Translations under genes and position numbers: made by a program
From: Thermoplasmata archaeon
GTDB lineage: Archaea > Thermoplasmatota > DTKX01 > DATEUP01
Assembly (NCBI GenBank): GCA_041499475.1
Contig: JBGQKI010000001.1
Span: 67,507-131,506, forward strand
DNA: 64,000 nucleotides
Direction of reading: 5' to 3'
Shown here: positions 18,566 to 28,213 of the stretch, one piece after another
Layout of the letters: the number at the start of each line of letters is the position of its first letter
Numbering within the stretch: the stretch's first letter is position 1
The notes under the pieces: model-generated
Databases searched by the model: none
What the model was told of the DNA's origin: nothing
What the model saw: the letters and a program-made list of their open reading frames with translations, nothing else

Positions 18566-19453
18566 TCAGTCGACGCGAATCTGGATGAGCGCGAGGGTCA
18601 CCGTCAGCGTGTGGACGCCCGAAAGGCGCAGCGTGGCCGTCTCGGGGGCCGCCGCCGGGTACCTCGACACGTTGTAGAGGGTCGAGTTCACCGAGGAGCT
18701 GTTCATCGCATCGGGGAAGTACTGCGCCCAGGCGTCCACGAAGAACGTCGACACGTTGAGGGAGATGGTGTTGAGCCCGGGCCAGGTGTAGTTGAACGTC
18801 TGGGCGAGGGAGAGGCGCGAAGAGACCGTGTGGCTGTCGACGCCGCTCACGACCGAATTCGTGCCGTCAAGGGTAAACAAGGAAATGAACACGTCGAGCC
18901 CGCCCGTCCCGTTCTCGACGCGGAAGGGCGGCGTGAGGCGGACGGTCTGGCCGCCTCCCTGGGCCACGATGAGCGCGCCCGTCTCGTAGGACATCTTTTG
19001 GGGGACGAAGTAGCGGTTCTGCATTTTGTAGAATAGCGAACCGGTCGCCGAGAAGTTCACCTCGCCGTTGAGGTCGGTGAGGTTTGCCCGGAAGCGGACG
19101 CGCCCGCCCTCCAGGTACTGGTACGACAGCTGGCCGGGGGTCTCGGCGCCGAACAGCGGGACGCCGCTTACGCCGAGCGGGAAGCCCGTGGTGAGCAGCT
19201 GGTTGGAGTTCCCCTGGAGCGTCTGCAGCTCGACGGCGTTCTTGAATTCGGAAAAGGAATTGACGACCTGGCGCGAGTGCGCCACGTCGCTGTCGTAGCC
19301 CCAGGCCGGCACCCAAAACGTCACGACCATCCCGAGGAGGACGGAGATCAGCACGACGCCAAGCGAGGCGGCCACCACACCGGAGACCGCGCGTTCCTGG
19401 CGGCGCGGGAAGAGCACGGCAGTGGCCCGCAAGCGGCGTTTCGCTTCCGGCAA
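18566..19453 (-). CDS. archaeal type IV pilin-like protein (class III signal peptide), 295 aa
   Basis: The N-terminus ...RRQERAVSGVVAASLGVVLISVLLGMVV matches the archaeal pilin/flagellin-type RA-VS + hydrophobic helix motif. It lies immediately downstream of the 1070-aa pilin-like gene. Confidence 0.7.
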   Translation of the reverse strand: MPEAKRRLRATAVLFPRRQERAVSGVVAASLGVVLISVLLGMVVTFWVPAWGYDSDVAHSRQVVNSFSEFKNAVELQTLQGNSNQLLTTGFPLGVSGVPLFGAETPGQLSYQYLEGGRVRFRANLTDLNGEVNFSATGSLFYKMQNRYFVPQKMSYETGALIVAQGGGQTVRLTPPFRVENGTGGLDVFISLFTLDGTNSVVSGVDSHTVSSRLSLAQTFNYTWPGLNTISLNVSTFFVDAWAQYFPDAMNSSSVNSTLYNVSRYPAAAPETATLRLSGVHTLTVTLALIQIRVD

Positions 19454-19472
19454 GATTCACGCCTCCCCAGCC

Positions 19473-22400
19473 TTACGGCCAAATCGGAACTGCAGGGCTC
19501 GTGATGGGGAAGGTGCCCGAGGGGGTGATCCCGAGCCCGCTCGTGGCGCCGCTCGCCGTGAGGAAAGAGACCGAGGTAAGCTCGACGCCGACGGTCTTGT
19601 AGGCATAGGCCGACGAGGTGACCAGGATGCGGATGATGATGCGTTCGTTGCCGCCCGCGGCGATGTTGAGCAGCGGGCTGCCTGAGAAGGTCACATCGCC
19701 CGACCCGAAGGTCGAGAGTCCAAGCTGGGTGTCGGCGCCGGTCACGTCGTCGTCCTTGTTCACGTCCCACCACGCGGCGACGTTGATCACGGAGCCCGTC
19801 ACGTTTCCGAGCATATGCACCTTGAGGGCTGTGATGCCCACGCCTTCCACGGCCGCTGAAAAGGTGATCCGGATCATTTTGGCAAGGACGTTGTAGTTTA
19901 CATGGTCGCCGTTCTGGTTGATCGTGGCAAGCGAGAGCGTGCCGCGGTCGTAGACCGTGACGGGGGGCGTCTGGTAGATGAGCTGCGTGGGGTTGGTGAT
20001 CCCGACCTGGGTGTTCGGCGTGATCGTCGCGCCCGAATAGATTCCCCGGAATGTCGTGTTGCTCGTGTTCACGCGCGACTCCATCTGGAAGCCTGCGGCG
20101 CTGGGGGCAAAGTCGAACACGAAGAGGATGTTCGTGTCGCCCCCGATGTTCACGCCGTAGGCGGGCGCAAACGCTTTGAGCGCGTCGCTGCCAAACACCC
20201 CGGCATCGGCCGAGCCGATGTCGACGTCGTCGCCCTGGAGGACGGTCGTCGTGTCGTTGTTGGTGTCGCGGTACAGGTGCACGACGACGCCGGCCGGGGG
20301 CACGCCCTGGAGCGAACGCAGGAACACCTCGTCAAAGGTGAGGTTCTCGCCGACAGGCTTCAGCGTGAGCTTGAGCCAGGGCATGAGGTTTGCCGTGGCA
20401 AGCACCGTAGAAGGCGCGAGGTTCGTCCCGAAGATGAGGAGGTCCCCCTGGATGCGCCGGACGCCAAGGGATAGTTGGTAGGGCGCGCGCTCGGGGTCGG
20501 CATAGAGTGTCGAAAGCGAAGTCTTGCCGTACCCGCGCGCTCTAGTATTGTCGTTGAGGTACAGCGAGAATTGCTTGGCCTGCTGGCCCGTGGTGATGTT
20601 CGCGTAGACATCGAGCACCGCCTCCCCGGTGTTCGTCACGTTGATGGTAATCGCGAACAGCTTGCCGGTGACTCCGGCGTCCCAGGTCACCTTGCCGGCG
20701 AAGAAGGTGCCCGAGAGCCAAACGCCTGCGCGCACGCGCACGGTGATGGCCGTATACTGCGCGTCGGTGAGGTTGCCCGTCTGGACGAATTCGAGTTTGT
20801 TGAAGTCGATGTTCTCCCCGTGCGCTCGCAGCTTGAAGGTGTGCAGGTAGATGCCGGTCATCCCCGCGCGCACGGCGGTGGCAAGCCCGGTCTCGTTCCA
20901 CTCGTCGATCGACAGGTTGCCGGCGCTCGTGAGCGTGACCGTCCCCGAGTCGAGGGGGAACGGCTGGCTGGAGATCCCGCTGCGGCCCTTGGACGAAATC
21001 TGGCCCTGGGCAAAGCTCTCGGTGACAGCGGCGATTTGGACGCCCAGCGTCTGGCCGCTGTTGCCGGAGATGTTGAGGTAGACCTCGAGCGGGATCCATC
21101 CGGCGGTGTCGAGGATCTGGAAGCTGACGCTGAAGCGCGCGACGCGCGACGAGTCGAAGTTCTGCGCGGCGGAGATCATCGAACCGTTGATCTTCACGTA
21201 GGCGGAGGCGCTCGAGCGCGGGATCGTGCCGGTAAGGGTGACATTGAACTTCTTGAGGCTGAACGGCTCGCCGGCGGCCCTCACGGTGAATTCGAAGACG
21301 CGCACGTTCTTGGAGCCGGCGATCAGCCGGTCGGGCACGCCGGAGACGGGTTCGAGGCTGAGCTTCGAGCCGACCACGATGTCGGTCGTGGAGAACGGGA
21401 ACGCGCCGGTGGTATTGGCGGCCACCCCGCCGGGGACGCCCGTGCCCCGCACCGAGGAGGTCGCCTGGAGAGTGAAGGTGACGTTGGTGCCGTCGGTGGC
21501 CGAGATGAGGCCCATGACGAGGAAGACGGTGCTGGTGGTGCCGTTCTGCACCGTTGCGATGGGCACTGCAAAGACATTGGCCGAGCCTGCGACGAACCCG
21601 GCATCGGCAGTCACTTCCAGGTCGTCCGAGGGCGAGAAGGCGCCATTGCCGTTCACGTCGAGCCAAGCGGAGAGCGACGCCTGGCTGTCAGGGAGCGACC
21701 CGCTTTTGGTCACGATCAGCTGGCCCACGCTCGTGTCGCCGCCGGTCGAGGTCAAGTTGAGCCGCATGATGGCGACGCCCGACTGCGTCGAGTTGACCGA
21801 AATCGGCGCGACTGAGGCGGCATCGACCGAGAGCGTGGGCCCGCCGCTTGCGCCCATCGCGTCGATGATCAGGGGGAAGCGGTAGGTCGCCGTGCCCCCC
21901 GCGTTGTCTTGAGCCGTGACCGTCACGTAGTAGCTGCCGGCCGGGATCGAGGTGGCCACCACGAGGTCGGGCGACTGGAAGTGCGCGTCGTTGGTGTGGC
22001 TGAGGTTGTAGCGCCCGGCCCCGATCGCGTTCACCTGCAGCGTGGGCCCGGCGGCGACCACGGTGAGGTTCACGAAGACGCCGTTGGTCGCGTCGAGGTT
22101 CCCGTCGGTGTCAATGACGATGGCGTGGACACGGAAGGTCTGGATGCCGTTGCTGGTCACGTGCGCGGTGCCGTCGGAGGCTTGCGCGTAGGCCCAGGTG
22201 ATGATCGGCGGGAAACCGGCCGAGCCGGACTGGTAGCCGGCCTGCAGCTGAGCGAGGTAGAGCACTCTGTTGCTCGCGGTGGAGACGACGGTGACCACCA
22301 CGCGTGTGTCGGGCGAAACGGGCAGCGGGACGCTCGCGCGCCACTCTTTGCCCACCGCGAAGGTGTTCTGGCCGCCGAGGCCCTGCGAAACGTTGTAGGT

Positions 22401-22685
22401 TAGCGTGGTCTGGTTGACGGTGACGAGCACGATCGCGTTGCCCTGGGTGAGGTCCTCGCCGCCGAGGTGTACGATGACAATGTTGACGCTCGTGGGGCCG
22501 GTGCGTTCGATGGAGGCCTGCAGGTCGGCCGAGACGCCGGGGGTCGGCTTGGGCATCCCCTGGACGAGCACGAAGAGGACGGAGAAGGCGGCGACCGTGA
22601 TCGCAAGCAGGATGACCGAACCCACGACCTCGGAGACGGCGTCGCGCCTCGGCCGGAAGGGGGCGCGTGCTCGATGGTCTTCCAT
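19473..22685 (-). CDS. giant (1070 aa) protein with archaeal type IV pilin-like N-terminus and repeated Ig/CARDB-like beta domains
   Basis: The N-terminus MEDHRARAPFRPRRDAVSEVVGSVILLAITVAAFSVLFVLV carries a class III signal motif. The remainder is T/S/V/G/N-rich with many sequons. Confidence 0.8.
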   Translation of the reverse strand: MEDHRARAPFRPRRDAVSEVVGSVILLAITVAAFSVLFVLVQGMPKPTPGVSADLQASIERTGPTSVNIVIVHLGGEDLTQGNAIVLVTVNQTTLTYNVSQGLGGQNTFAVGKEWRASVPLPVSPDTRVVVTVVSTASNRVLYLAQLQAGYQSGSAGFPPIITWAYAQASDGTAHVTSNGIQTFRVHAIVIDTDGNLDATNGVFVNLTVVAAGPTLQVNAIGAGRYNLSHTNDAHFQSPDLVVATSIPAGSYYVTVTAQDNAGGTATYRFPLIIDAMGASGGPTLSVDAASVAPISVNSTQSGVAIMRLNLTSTGGDTSVGQLIVTKSGSLPDSQASLSAWLDVNGNGAFSPSDDLEVTADAGFVAGSANVFAVPIATVQNGTTSTVFLVMGLISATDGTNVTFTLQATSSVRGTGVPGGVAANTTGAFPFSTTDIVVGSKLSLEPVSGVPDRLIAGSKNVRVFEFTVRAAGEPFSLKKFNVTLTGTIPRSSASAYVKINGSMISAAQNFDSSRVARFSVSFQILDTAGWIPLEVYLNISGNSGQTLGVQIAAVTESFAQGQISSKGRSGISSQPFPLDSGTVTLTSAGNLSIDEWNETGLATAVRAGMTGIYLHTFKLRAHGENIDFNKLEFVQTGNLTDAQYTAITVRVRAGVWLSGTFFAGKVTWDAGVTGKLFAITINVTNTGEAVLDVYANITTGQQAKQFSLYLNDNTRARGYGKTSLSTLYADPERAPYQLSLGVRRIQGDLLIFGTNLAPSTVLATANLMPWLKLTLKPVGENLTFDEVFLRSLQGVPPAGVVVHLYRDTNNDTTTVLQGDDVDIGSADAGVFGSDALKAFAPAYGVNIGGDTNILFVFDFAPSAAGFQMESRVNTSNTTFRGIYSGATITPNTQVGITNPTQLIYQTPPVTVYDRGTLSLATINQNGDHVNYNVLAKMIRITFSAAVEGVGITALKVHMLGNVTGSVINVAAWWDVNKDDDVTGADTQLGLSTFGSGDVTFSGSPLLNIAAGGNERIIIRILVTSSAYAYKTVGVELTSVSFLTASGATSGLGITPSGTFPITSPAVPIWP

Positions 22686-22745
22686 GGAATGCAGCCCTTG
22701 ATTTGGGCCCCCAAAAAGGGGGATCGAACTCCAGCCAGAGGGCCG

Positions 22746-22753
22746 CTATTTAA
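22746..22753 (-). promoter_or_regulatory. TATA-box candidate (TTAAATAG on minus strand) for the pilin-like operon
   Basis: The minus strand reads CCTTAAATAGC, about 60 nt upstream of the ATG at 22685. Confidence 0.45.
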
Positions 22754-22795
22754 GGGTTGGCGGGTGGCGTTTGGGCCCGGAGAAAACCCGGGGCG

Positions 22796-23176
22796 CTAAA
22801 AGGGCCCGCGCATGACCTTTCGGTCGATCTGCATGCCCGCTGGCGTCACGACGAGCATGTTCTTGGCGATGCCCGCGACATCGCCCTTGACATCCCGAGC
22901 GACCGCCTTGAGTTCGTTCGACATCCGGCGCATGGCGCCGTCGTCGCTTGCAATCGCGCTGAAGTCGATGACGAGGATATTGCCCTTGTAGACGTGCGTC
23001 GTCACATTGGCGAGGTCTTCGAACCGGTGGAGCTCGGCGACCTTCACTTCGGCGCGGCCGCTGTCGCCCTCCAACTCGAAGTCGGAGGTGTCCATCTCGC
23101 CAAGGTCGATGAACTTGTCCGAGTCGGCTTCCGCCCGGCGGTCGTCGCGCATTTTCGAGAAAAGGCCCTTACCCAT
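22796..23176 (-). CDS. sepF: cell division protein SepF (FtsZ membrane anchor)
   Basis: 126 aa. The pattern ...VKVAELHRFEDLANVTTHVYKGNILVIDFSAIASDDGAMRRMSNELKAVARDVKGDVAGIAKNMLVVTPAGMQI matches archaeal SepF/DUF552. Confidence 0.85.
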   Translation of the reverse strand: MGKGLFSKMRDDRRAEADSDKFIDLGEMDTSDFELEGDSGRAEVKVAELHRFEDLANVTTHVYKGNILVIDFSAIASDDGAMRRMSNELKAVARDVKGDVAGIAKNMLVVTPAGMQIDRKVMRGPF

Positions 23177-23224
23177 GAGATCCCACCCGCTGCCGCGTGC
23201 ATCGAGGGGCGCGGTATAAAACCT

Positions 23225-23231
23225 TCTTGAG
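23225..23231 (-). promoter_or_regulatory. TATA-box candidate for sepF
   Basis: The minus strand reads GTTTTATACCGCG, about 50 nt upstream of the ATG at 23176. GGGTGGGAT SD-like motif 4 nt before the ATG. Confidence 0.5.
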
Positions 23232-23258
23232 CCGCGCGGGGGCGCGCGCTGCCCCGGC

Positions 23259-23747
23259 TCAGGGCGTTTCCTGGGTGAGCGCCCAAAGCTTGTCGCGCAG
23301 GTGGTGGACGGTGCGGACGGCCTTGCCCTTCTCGGCTGCCGCCATCTCGGGGCCGCTCATGATGGCGACGCCGACGGCGAGGGGCCGCAGGTGCTTTTCC
23401 TCGCGGATCCACACGGCATCGCCCGGCTGGACCTTCGGGTCGGCGGCCACCACCCCGGGCGCCATCACGTCGGCGCCGCGCAGGATGAAGTCGATTGCGC
23501 CTTCATCGACGGTGACGAACCGGTCCTTGGCGGGGAAGGCGAGCAGCCCCTTCACCGTGGGCATCACTCGCCCTTCAACGGAGAAGGCCATCGGGACGCC
23601 CTCGACGAAGAAGATGCGGAAGCCCTCGTCGTCGCCCTCTTCGACGAGCTTGCCCTCCCAGCGGACGGCCGAGCCGAAGACGTTGGCAAGGGCGTCGGCC
23701 ACCTCGCGCGCGTCCTTTTCCCGGATCGGGTGGCGGTTCTTGAGCAA
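23259..23747 (-). CDS. PUA-domain RNA-binding protein
   Basis: 162 aa. The C-terminal PUA-like segment is VTVDEGAIDFILRGADVMAPGVVAADPKVQPGDAVWIREEKHLRPLAVGVA. TTG start. Confidence 0.75.
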   Translation of the reverse strand: MLKNRHPIREKDAREVADALANVFGSAVRWEGKLVEEGDDEGFRIFFVEGVPMAFSVEGRVMPTVKGLLAFPAKDRFVTVDEGAIDFILRGADVMAPGVVAADPKVQPGDAVWIREEKHLRPLAVGVAIMSGPEMAAAEKGKAVRTVHHLRDKLWALTQETP

Positions 23748-23830
23748 GGGGGCCCTCGCGCCCCACGGGGGGCCGCCTCACATAAGCGTTTGCGGGGAGG
23801 CACAGGGCGCGGGGCCGCACAGGCGGCTTT

Positions 23831-26650
23831 TTGAAGGCGTGCCGTATCGGCGCGAATGTGGCGGCGACCCCGGCGCTCAAGGGCCACTTCGCAACGCTCC
23901 CAGAGCCGCTGCGGCGGTGGGTCGAGAGCAACGGGTTTACGCAGCCGTCGGCCCCCCAGTCGCTCGCGTTTGCCCCGATCGTCGAGGGCAAGCATGCGCT
24001 CCTCATCGCCCCGACGGGAATGGGCAAGACCGAAGCCGCCCTCTTGCCGCTCTTTGAGCGGATGCTTTCGGCAAAGCCGGTGGGGCACGGGTTCCGCCTC
24101 CTCTACATCACGCCGCTGCGGGCGCTCAACCGCGACATGCTCCGGCGGATGACCTCGCTTGGGGAGCAGACGGGCCTGCGCGTCGGGGTGAGGCACGGGG
24201 ACACCAAGCCGTCGGAGCGCGCGAAGCAGTCGAAAGACCCGCCCCCGGTCCTCATCACGACCCCGGAGAGCCTCCAGCTCCTCTTCACGGGCAAGAACCT
24301 GCGCAGCCACCTGAAGAGCGTCGAGGCGGTGGTCGTCGACGAGGTCCACGAACTTGCCGACGACGAGCGGGGTGCGCAGCTCTCCGTGGCGCTCGAGCGG
24401 CTCGTCGACCTCTCCTCCCGCGAATTCCAGCGGGTCGGGCTGTCGGCAACCGTGGGCGCGCCCGAGGAGGTCGCGGCATTCCTTGGCGGCACCGGCCGCG
24501 AAGTGATCGTCCTTCGCGTCGAGCTGCCCAAGGCCGTGGAAATCGAGGTGCGCGCACCCGTCGTCCCGCCGGAGGGAGACCCGCGCGTGGAGGCGCTGTG
24601 CGAGAGGCTCAAGGTGTCGCCCTCCGTGGTGGCGGCGCTCTTCGAGTGCGCCCGCGAGATCAAGAGCCACGACCAGGTGCTCCTCTTTGTCAACACCCGC
24701 GACACCGCCGAGCTTTTGGCCACACGGCTTGCGATCATCGAGCCGGCCCTTGCTGTGGGCATCCACCACGGCTCGCTGTCGCGCGATGTGCGAATTGAAA
24801 TGGAGAACGAGTTCAAGGCCGGCCGCCTGAAGGCGCTCATCTGCACTTCCTCCCTCGAGCTTGGGATCGATGTCGGCGCGGTCGACTTCGTGATGCAGTA
24901 CAACTCGCCAAGGGAAGTCGCCCGGCTCCTCCAGCGGGTGGGGCGGGCCTCGCACCGCATCGCGGAGACCTCGAGGGGGCTCGTGCTCACCTCGAACTTC
25001 GACGACACCGCCGAAAGCGCCGTCCTTGCCCTCCTTGCGAGCCGGGGCGCGATCGAGCGCAAGGGGGTGCGCGAGCGCCCGCTCGGCGTGCTTGCCAACC
25101 AACTCATCGCGATGGCGAATAGCGAGGGCCGGGTGGAACGCGCCCGGGCGCTTGCAACCGTGCGCCGCGCGTACCCGTTCCGGAACCTCTCCGAGCTCGA
25201 ATTCGACCGCACGCTGGGGCTCGTGGCCGACCTCGGAGCCGTACGCGACATGGGGCAGGCGTTTTCCAAGCGCGGGGGCACGCCGATCTACTTCTTCGAA
25301 AACATTTCGATGATCCCCGACGAACGCACCTACGCGGTGATCGACATCGTGTCGCGCCGCTTCATCGGCACGCTCGACGAGGCGTTCGTGTCGACCTTCG
25401 ACGAAGAGAATTCCAAGTTCATCGTGAAGGGCCGGTCGTGGAGGGTCGCGGAGGTCGGCGAAGATTCGGTGCTCGTCGAGCCCTCGGACGACTTGGGCGC
25501 GGTCCCGTCTTGGATCGGGGAAGATATCCCCGTCCCCTTCGAAGTCGCGCAAGGCGTCGGGGCCGCGCGCCGCGCGGGCGCGCTTGAAGGGCCCGGGCCC
25601 TCGAAGGACGCCAAGGCCCTATTCGCCGCCACCGTGGCCGAGCAGCGGGGGCGCGGGCTCGCCGTCCCGGACGACACGACCATCGCCCTCGAGCGCGAGG
25701 AGCGCACGGTGGTGCTCAACGCCTGCTTTGGGACCCGGGTCAACGAGACGCTGGGGCGCGCGCTCACGAGCCTGCTGACCCAGCGGCTGGGCGCCTCCGT
25801 CGGGCTCTTCGTCGACCCCTACCGGGTCGTGCTCACCCTCCCGCGCGTAGTGACGGAGCGCGAGGTCGAGGCGCTGTTGCGCAGCCTGCCTCCCGAAGGG
25901 CTCGAAGAATTCATGCGGCTGGTGCTGCGCACTTCGACGCTGCTCAAGTGGAACCTGCTGCACTCGGCCAAAAAATTCGGGGCGCTGCGCAAGGGGGCCG
26001 ACCACCGGTTCGTCTCGGCCAAGGCGATGCTCGAGCGCTTCAGGAGCACGCCGCTGGTCGACGACGCCATCGACCGCGCGCTGCACGACCGGCTGGATGT
26101 GGACGGCACCGAGAAGGTCCTTGCAGCCCTGCGCGCCGGGGCGATCACCGTCGTGCACCAGGGGCTCTCGCCGATCGGGCTTGCCGGCGGGCAGCGCATG
26201 CGCGAACTGGTGGCGCCCCAGCGGCCGGACGGCGCGATCCTTGCGGCCCTTCGAAGGCGCCTCGAAGACACGCGGGTCCTGTTGGTGTGCATGGCGTGCC
26301 ACAAGGCCCGCACGGTGACGGTGAGGGAATCGAAGCCGGAGGACGGCTGCCCGTACTGCAGGGGCAAGATGCTCGCGCTCCTGCACCCGCGTGAGCGCGA
26401 GGCCGTCTCGCTCCTTACGAGGAAGCCCCGTTCGCCCGCCGAGCAGAAGCGCCGGCGCCAGCTTTCCACGAGCGCTAGCCTCGTGGCTTGGCACGGGCAC
26501 CGCGCTGTCCTTGCCCTGGCCGCGCGCGGCGTGGGCCCCGACACCGCGGGCCGGATTCTGACCAAGCAACAGGAGTCGGATGAGGAGTTGCTGAAGGACA
26601 TCCTGGCCGCGGAGGTCCTCTACGCGCGGACCCGGCGGTTCTGGGGCTGA
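23831..26650 (+). CDS. lhr: Lhr-type (large helicase-related) ATP-dependent DEAD/DEAH-box helicase
   Basis: Motif I APTGMGKTEAA, YITPLRALNRDM, motif II DEVHELADDERG, and helicase C segment ICTSSLELGIDVGAVDFVMQYNSPREVARLLQRVGRASH. C-terminal Cys4 CMACHK...CPYCRGK. TTG start at 23831, with GTG 23858 as an alternative. Confidence 0.88.
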   Translation: MKACRIGANVAATPALKGHFATLPEPLRRWVESNGFTQPSAPQSLAFAPIVEGKHALLIAPTGMGKTEAALLPLFERMLSAKPVGHGFRLLYITPLRALNRDMLRRMTSLGEQTGLRVGVRHGDTKPSERAKQSKDPPPVLITTPESLQLLFTGKNLRSHLKSVEAVVVDEVHELADDERGAQLSVALERLVDLSSREFQRVGLSATVGAPEEVAAFLGGTGREVIVLRVELPKAVEIEVRAPVVPPEGDPRVEALCERLKVSPSVVAALFECAREIKSHDQVLLFVNTRDTAELLATRLAIIEPALAVGIHHGSLSRDVRIEMENEFKAGRLKALICTSSLELGIDVGAVDFVMQYNSPREVARLLQRVGRASHRIAETSRGLVLTSNFDDTAESAVLALLASRGAIERKGVRERPLGVLANQLIAMANSEGRVERARALATVRRAYPFRNLSELEFDRTLGLVADLGAVRDMGQAFSKRGGTPIYFFENISMIPDERTYAVIDIVSRRFIGTLDEAFVSTFDEENSKFIVKGRSWRVAEVGEDSVLVEPSDDLGAVPSWIGEDIPVPFEVAQGVGAARRAGALEGPGPSKDAKALFAATVAEQRGRGLAVPDDTTIALEREERTVVLNACFGTRVNETLGRALTSLLTQRLGASVGLFVDPYRVVLTLPRVVTEREVEALLRSLPPEGLEEFMRLVLRTSTLLKWNLLHSAKKFGALRKGADHRFVSAKAMLERFRSTPLVDDAIDRALHDRLDVDGTEKVLAALRAGAITVVHQGLSPIGLAGGQRMRELVAPQRPDGAILAALRRRLEDTRVLLVCMACHKARTVTVRESKPEDGCPYCRGKMLALLHPREREAVSLLTRKPRSPAEQKRRRQLSTSASLVAWHGHRAVLALAARGVGPDTAGRILTKQQESDEELLKDILAAEVLYARTRRFWG

Positions 26651-26703
26651 GCGCCCGTGCGATTCTCGCGCCGCGCCATCGATCACCGCCGTTTCAGAAA
26701 TGC

Positions 26704-26710
26704 TTAATAC
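26704..26710 (+). promoter_or_regulatory. TATA-box candidate for the HerA-like gene (near-leaderless)
   Basis: GCTTAATACGCG is centred about 30 nt upstream of the ATG at 26737. A similar TAATACGCG occurs upstream of the KaiC-like gene (42798-42804, minus). Confidence 0.4.
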
Positions 26711-26736
26711 GCGTCGAGGGCCAATGGCGCCTCGGG

Positions 26737-28206
26737 ATGGCACTCAAACCTATCGGCGCCGTTTTTGGCACCGTCGGTTCGGCCGCGTTTCGCATCGCGG
26801 TCTCCGACGCGGCGCTGCGCCGCAACGACTACGTGAAGGTCGAGCACCCCTCCTGCGGGTGGGTGCTCGGCCAGGTGGTCGACCTCCAGCGCGAGTCGGA
26901 CGTGAGTTACGAGAAGGCGTCGAGGATGCTCTCGGGCGAGCAGGTCACCGTCCAGGAAAAGATCATCGCCTCCATCCAGATGGCTGGGTACCGCGATGAG
27001 CGCGGGATCCTCCAGCAGCCCGAGACGCCCCTGCCGGCCGGCTCGCTCATCTTCCGCGCCGACGCGGACATCATCAAGAATGTCCTCGGGCTCGACCGCA
27101 AGGTGAAGGGCGGCGCCTACATCGGGCTCCTCAAGGGGCACCCCGACATCAAGGTCCTGCTCGACCTCAACACAATCGCTTCGTCGCACGTCTCGATCCT
27201 TGCAAAGACGGGCGGCGGGAAGAGCTACACGGTCGGCGTCTTCCTCGAAGAGATGATCAAGCGCGGGGTGCCCGCCGTGGTGGTCGACCCGCACGGCGAG
27301 TACGCGTCGCTCATGCACCCGAACAACTCGGAGCGCGACCAGGCGCTGATGGACACCTTCGATGTGAAGCCGCGGGGCTATGCGGACCACGTCGTAGAGT
27401 TCTCGCCCGACCGCAAGCTCAACCCGCAGGCGCTGCAGTTCGCATTCGACTCGGTGAACCTCACCATCGAAGACCTCGCCGAGTTCACGGGGATCCCCTT
27501 CTCGGGCCCGCAGATCACGGCCCTCGACACGATCATGAAGGACCTCAAGAAGGACACGCCGTTCTACACGCTTCGCAACCTGATCGACGCGATCAAGGCG
27601 TCGAGCTCGCCCGCGCGGTGGAGCCTGGTCGCGCCGCTCGAGCAGCTCGACTCGATGGGCCTCTTCTCGAAGAACCCCACGAAGATCTCCGACCTCGTGA
27701 AGCACAGCCAGGTCTCGATCGTGAACCTGAAGGGCGTGCCCCCCGAGGTGGGGGAGATGATTGTCGCGCGCCTGTGCACCAAGCTCTTCGACGCGCGCAA
27801 GATCGACAAGATCCCGGCGCTGATGCTCGTGATGGAGGAGGCGCACAACTTCTGCCCGCAGATCGGGGTGGCCAAGTCGACGAGCATCCTCAAGACGATC
27901 GCGGCGGAGGGCCGCAAGTTCGGCCTTGGCCTCTGCGTCGTGTCGCAGCGGCCGGCGAAGGTCGACAAGAACATCCTGTCGCAGTGCCACACGCAGATCA
28001 TCCTGAAGGTGACGAACCCGAACGACCTCAAGGCGATCTCGCAGTCCGTGGAGGGCCTCACCGAGGGGATGATGGAAGAGGTGCGCGAACTCGCCATCGG
28101 CGAGGCGCTCATCACGGGGGGCGCCGTCGCCGCGCCGATTGTGGTGAAGACGCGCGTTCGAGAGACCAAGCACGGCGGCGGAAGTGTGCAGGTCGTCCGG
28201 AGCTGA
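26737..28206 (+). CDS. HerA-like / DUF87 AAA ATPase (HAS-barrel + FtsK-HerA type P-loop)
   Basis: Walker A ILAKTGGGKSYTVG, Walker B ALMLVMEEAHNF, and VVSQRPAKVDKNILSQCHTQIILKVTNPNDL. N-terminal barrel-like segment GTVGSAAFRIAVSD...DYVKVEH. Confidence 0.85.
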   Translation: MALKPIGAVFGTVGSAAFRIAVSDAALRRNDYVKVEHPSCGWVLGQVVDLQRESDVSYEKASRMLSGEQVTVQEKIIASIQMAGYRDERGILQQPETPLPAGSLIFRADADIIKNVLGLDRKVKGGAYIGLLKGHPDIKVLLDLNTIASSHVSILAKTGGGKSYTVGVFLEEMIKRGVPAVVVDPHGEYASLMHPNNSERDQALMDTFDVKPRGYADHVVEFSPDRKLNPQALQFAFDSVNLTIEDLAEFTGIPFSGPQITALDTIMKDLKKDTPFYTLRNLIDAIKASSSPARWSLVAPLEQLDSMGLFSKNPTKISDLVKHSQVSIVNLKGVPPEVGEMIVARLCTKLFDARKIDKIPALMLVMEEAHNFCPQIGVAKSTSILKTIAAEGRKFGLGLCVVSQRPAKVDKNILSQCHTQIILKVTNPNDLKAISQSVEGLTEGMMEEVRELAIGEALITGGAVAAPIVVKTRVRETKHGGGSVQVVRS

Positions 28207-28213
28207 GGCAAGG

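Noticed and set aside
23564-25552. 662-aa ORF antisense to the Lhr helicase gene (and similar ones at 24103-25281 and 25619-26743)
   Set aside because: The same reasoning applies: the helicase motifs are on the plus strand and the antisense frames carry no motifs.
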